The translations under genes were made by a program, and so were the position numbers. The notes below the pieces were generated by a model that was not told the DNA's origin, searched no databases, and saw only the letters and a program-made list of their open reading frames with translations. From Squalus acanthias (Eukaryota), in contig CM059432.1 of the NCBI GenBank assembly GCA_030390025.1, positions 149,794,001-149,858,000 of the forward strand: 64,000 nucleotides of DNA. The letters run 5' to 3'. This document shows positions 60,924-64,000 of the stretch, in pieces. Numbering within the stretch: the first letter of the stretch is position 1; every line of letters starts with the position of its first letter.

Positions 60924-61289
60924 ATAGTGCGGAACTCGGTGTGGATTCTGGTGTTTACTGTAGTCCTGCTCCCAACACTGAAAAGAACAAATTTGCCAAA
61001 GCTATATATCACATGACTAATACAAGATTAAACTATTACACACCTGACTGATGCCAAAGGTGCAGGACTCCCAGATTGAATATTTCTCATGTTATTTATC
61101 TACCGCTCTACAAAACTAACGTACATTGAAAATGACTGGTTTTTTGTCCTTCCCTCTCTAAAAGCCTCTTATTCTCAGTTCTTTATATTGCCCTACCTCC
61201 CACAGTGCATTTATAGCATTTGCTTAAGATGCAGGTACTTTTAATTATTTGCTTATTCTCCCATCCTCCCTCACTAAAAACGTCCTTTT

Positions 61290-61592
61290 TCTCTGCCCTC
61301 TTGAGGATCCCTGATTATAATCGCTCAACCATCGACGGCCTGTGCCTTCTGTTGCCTCGGCCCTAAGCTCTGGAATTCCCTGCCTAAACCTCTCCGCCTC
61401 GCTACCTCTCTCTCCTCCTTTAAGACGCTGCTTAAAACCGACCTCTTTGACCAAGCTTTTGGTCACCAGCCCTAATTTATCCTTATGTGGCTCGGTGTCA
61501 AATTTTTTGTCTTAAAATACTCCTGTGCAGCGCCTTGGGACATTTTACTACGTTAAAGGCGCTATATAAATACAAGTTGTTGTTGTTGTTGA
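61290..61592 (+). mobile_element. L2 LINE 3' end
   Basis: Homologous to 24115-24467; (GTT)n tail. Confidence 0.9.
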
Positions 61593-61599
61593 TGATTCA

Positions 61600-64000
61600 A
61601 AGTGTGACATCACAGGAAAGCAGGAAAGTGATTGGTTGGTGAATACTTCTCTCTTTTTTTCTCTTTTTCTCTAAACTAGGGCATTGGTTTAAATTAAGAG
61701 CTGTGATTTTAGATTAAAAACTATACATAGATAATTAAGTGATATTCCAAACTTGAAAACCTAATTAGCTGAATAAGATACAATAGAGATGGCAGGGCAA
61801 GTGATGTGTTGCAGCTGTAGCATGTGGGAGCTGGTGGACCCCAGTCTGATCCAGGCGACCACATCTGCAGTAAGTGTCTGCAGCTCGAGGAACTTCGGCT
61901 CAGAGTTGATGAGCTGGAGTCCAAGCTTCAGACACTGCGATACATCAGGGAGGGGGAAAGTTACCTGGACACTTTGTTCCAGGAGGCAGTCACACTCCTT
62001 AGGATAAATACTGCAAATTTGGTCCGTGGTCAGGGACAGGAGGATGTGACTGCAAGTGAGGCAGGTATGGGGATCCAGAAGGTAGCATTGGAGGAGCCTC
62101 AGCCCTTGCACTTGTCCAACAGGTACGAGGTTCTTGCAGCCTGTGTGGACGAGAGCAGGGACTGCAGGGAGGATGAGCAAACTGACCACAGCACCGTGGT
62201 ACAGGGGGCCATTCAAGTTGGGGGAGTAAAAAGAATGTAGTAGTGGTAGGGGACAGTATAGTTAGGGGGATAGACACTGTTCTCTGCAGCCGAGAGCATG
62301 AGTCCCGAAGGCTGTGTTGCCTGCCAGGGTTAAGGACATCTCCTTGGGGCTGGAGAGGAACTTGGAGTGGGAGGGGAAAGATCCAGTTGTCGTGGTCCAC
62401 GTAGGTACCAACGACATAGGTAGACTAAGAAAGAGGTTCTGCTGAGGGAGTATGAGCAGCTAGGGGCCAAATTAAAAAGCAGAACCACAAAGGTAATAAT
62501 CTCTGGATTACTACCTGAGCCACGAGCAAATTGGCATAGGGTCAATAAGATCAGAGAGTTGAAAGCGTGGCTCAAGGATTGGTGTGGGCGAAATGGGTTT
62601 TGATTCATGGGGCACTGGCAACCAGTACTGGGGAAAGAGGGAGCTGTTCCGTTGGGATGGACTTCACTTGAACCATGCTGGACCGGTGTCCTGGCGAATC
62701 AAATAATTAGGGCGGTAGATAGGGCTTTAAACTAAATAGTGCGGGGGGAGGGTTCAGGTGAAGGGGAATTTAGAAAGTCAAAGAGGAAGGAGAAGGCAAT
62801 TGTGCAGGGTAGCAATAGGGGTAATGATAACCAGAGTGTGACAGGAAGAGACACAGTGTACAAGCATAAGAGTACACCAGCTAATAGGGTCAGAGTAGGG
62901 AAAAATGGTAAAAAGACAAAATTAAAGGCTCTTTATCTGAATGCACGCAGCATTCGTAACAAGATAGATGAGTTGACGGCACAAATAGAAATAATTCGGT
63001 ATGATCTGATAGCCATTAGAGACATGGTTGCAAGGTAACCAAGGCTGGGAACTGAATATTCAGGAGTATTTGACATTTCGGAAGAATAGGCAGAAAGGAA
63101 AAGGAGGTGGGGTAGCTCTGTTAATAAGGGATGAGATCAGTGCAGTGGTGGTGAAGATGAAAATAAGATTGGCAAAGAGAGAATATGAGAGTAGAATGGC
63201 GGTTAACATAAAAGGGAACCCAAAAATCTTCTACTGGCATGTAAACAGTAAGCGTGTAGTAAGAGGCGGGGTGGGGCCTATTAGAAGGTGATATATGCTT
63301 AGAGGCACAGGGCAAGGCTAGAATACTCAATGAGTACTTTGTATCAGTGTTTACAAAGGAGGTGGATGCTGACAAAATATCGGTAGCAGTGGAAAAGGTA
63401 GAAGCAATGGAAGGGGTGAAAATTGATAGACAGGATGTACGAGAAAGGCTGGGTATGCTTAGAGTGGATAAGTCACCTGGTCCAGATGGCTTGTATCCCA
63501 GATTGCTAAGGGAATTGGGGGAGGAGATAACGGAAGGGCTTGTCATAATTTTCCAATCTTCCCTAGATGCAGGGGAGGTGCCTGAGGATTGGAAAGTGGC
63601 AAATGTGACACCATTGTTCAAGAAAGGGTGTAAGGACAATCCTAGTAACTACAGGCCGGTTAGTTTAACATCAGTGGTGTGTAAAGTTTTAGAAACAATA
63701 ATCAAGGAAAAAGTTAACAGGCACTTGGAGAGGTTTAAGCTAATTAAGGAGAGCCAACACGGATTTGTAAAAGGCAGATCATGTTTGACTAATCTAATTG
63801 AATTTTTTGATGAAGTAACAGGGAGGATCGATGAAGGGAATGCAATGGATGTTGTCTACATGGATTTTAGGAAGGCGTTTGACAAAGTACCACATAGAAG
63901 GCTGGTTAACAAAATTGAGGCTCATGAATAGGTGGGTCAGTGGCAGCTTGGATAAGGAATTGGCTTAAAGACAGAAAACAGCGAGTTGTGGTAAATGGCT
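61600..64000 (+). mobile_element. CR1 LINE 5' part: 5'UTR, ORF1 (zinc finger + SGNH esterase), ORF2 with internal deletion
   Basis: CCSCSMWE..HICSKCLQLEEL; VVGDSIVRG, VHVGTND, DGLHLN; LYLNARSIRNK (EN); jump at ~63150 to the linker; RT to the window end with stops. Confidence 0.93.

Overview
This is eukaryotic (vertebrate) DNA that is almost entirely transposon-derived, with no prokaryotic operons, rRNA, tRNA genes or CRISPR arrays. The repeat mix (CR1 LINEs with zinc-finger/esterase ORF1, L2, RTE, Deu-domain SINEs, Penelope-like remnants, many PIF/Harbinger elements) suggests a cartilaginous fish; this is inferred from pattern recognition, not a search. The window holds about 8 decayed two-gene Harbinger transposons (DDE transposase plus intron-containing Myb/SANT gene, convergent), several Harbinger MITEs with 3-bp TSDs, hAT and pogo-like MITEs, 2-3 solo-LTR-like elements, more than 10 CR1 fragments (one with an unbroken ~780-codon frame), and minisatellites. 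One possible host terminal exon lies near 4.9 kb. The most striking structure is a pair of ~200-bp TSD-flanked foldback insertions (32653-32875 and 35395-35595). They are built from a Penelope-type terminal repeat carrying a minimal hammerhead ribozyme. The first has 91-bp near-perfect arms and a hammerhead core on each strand. Family names and boundaries were read by eye and are approximate unless a TSD is quoted.
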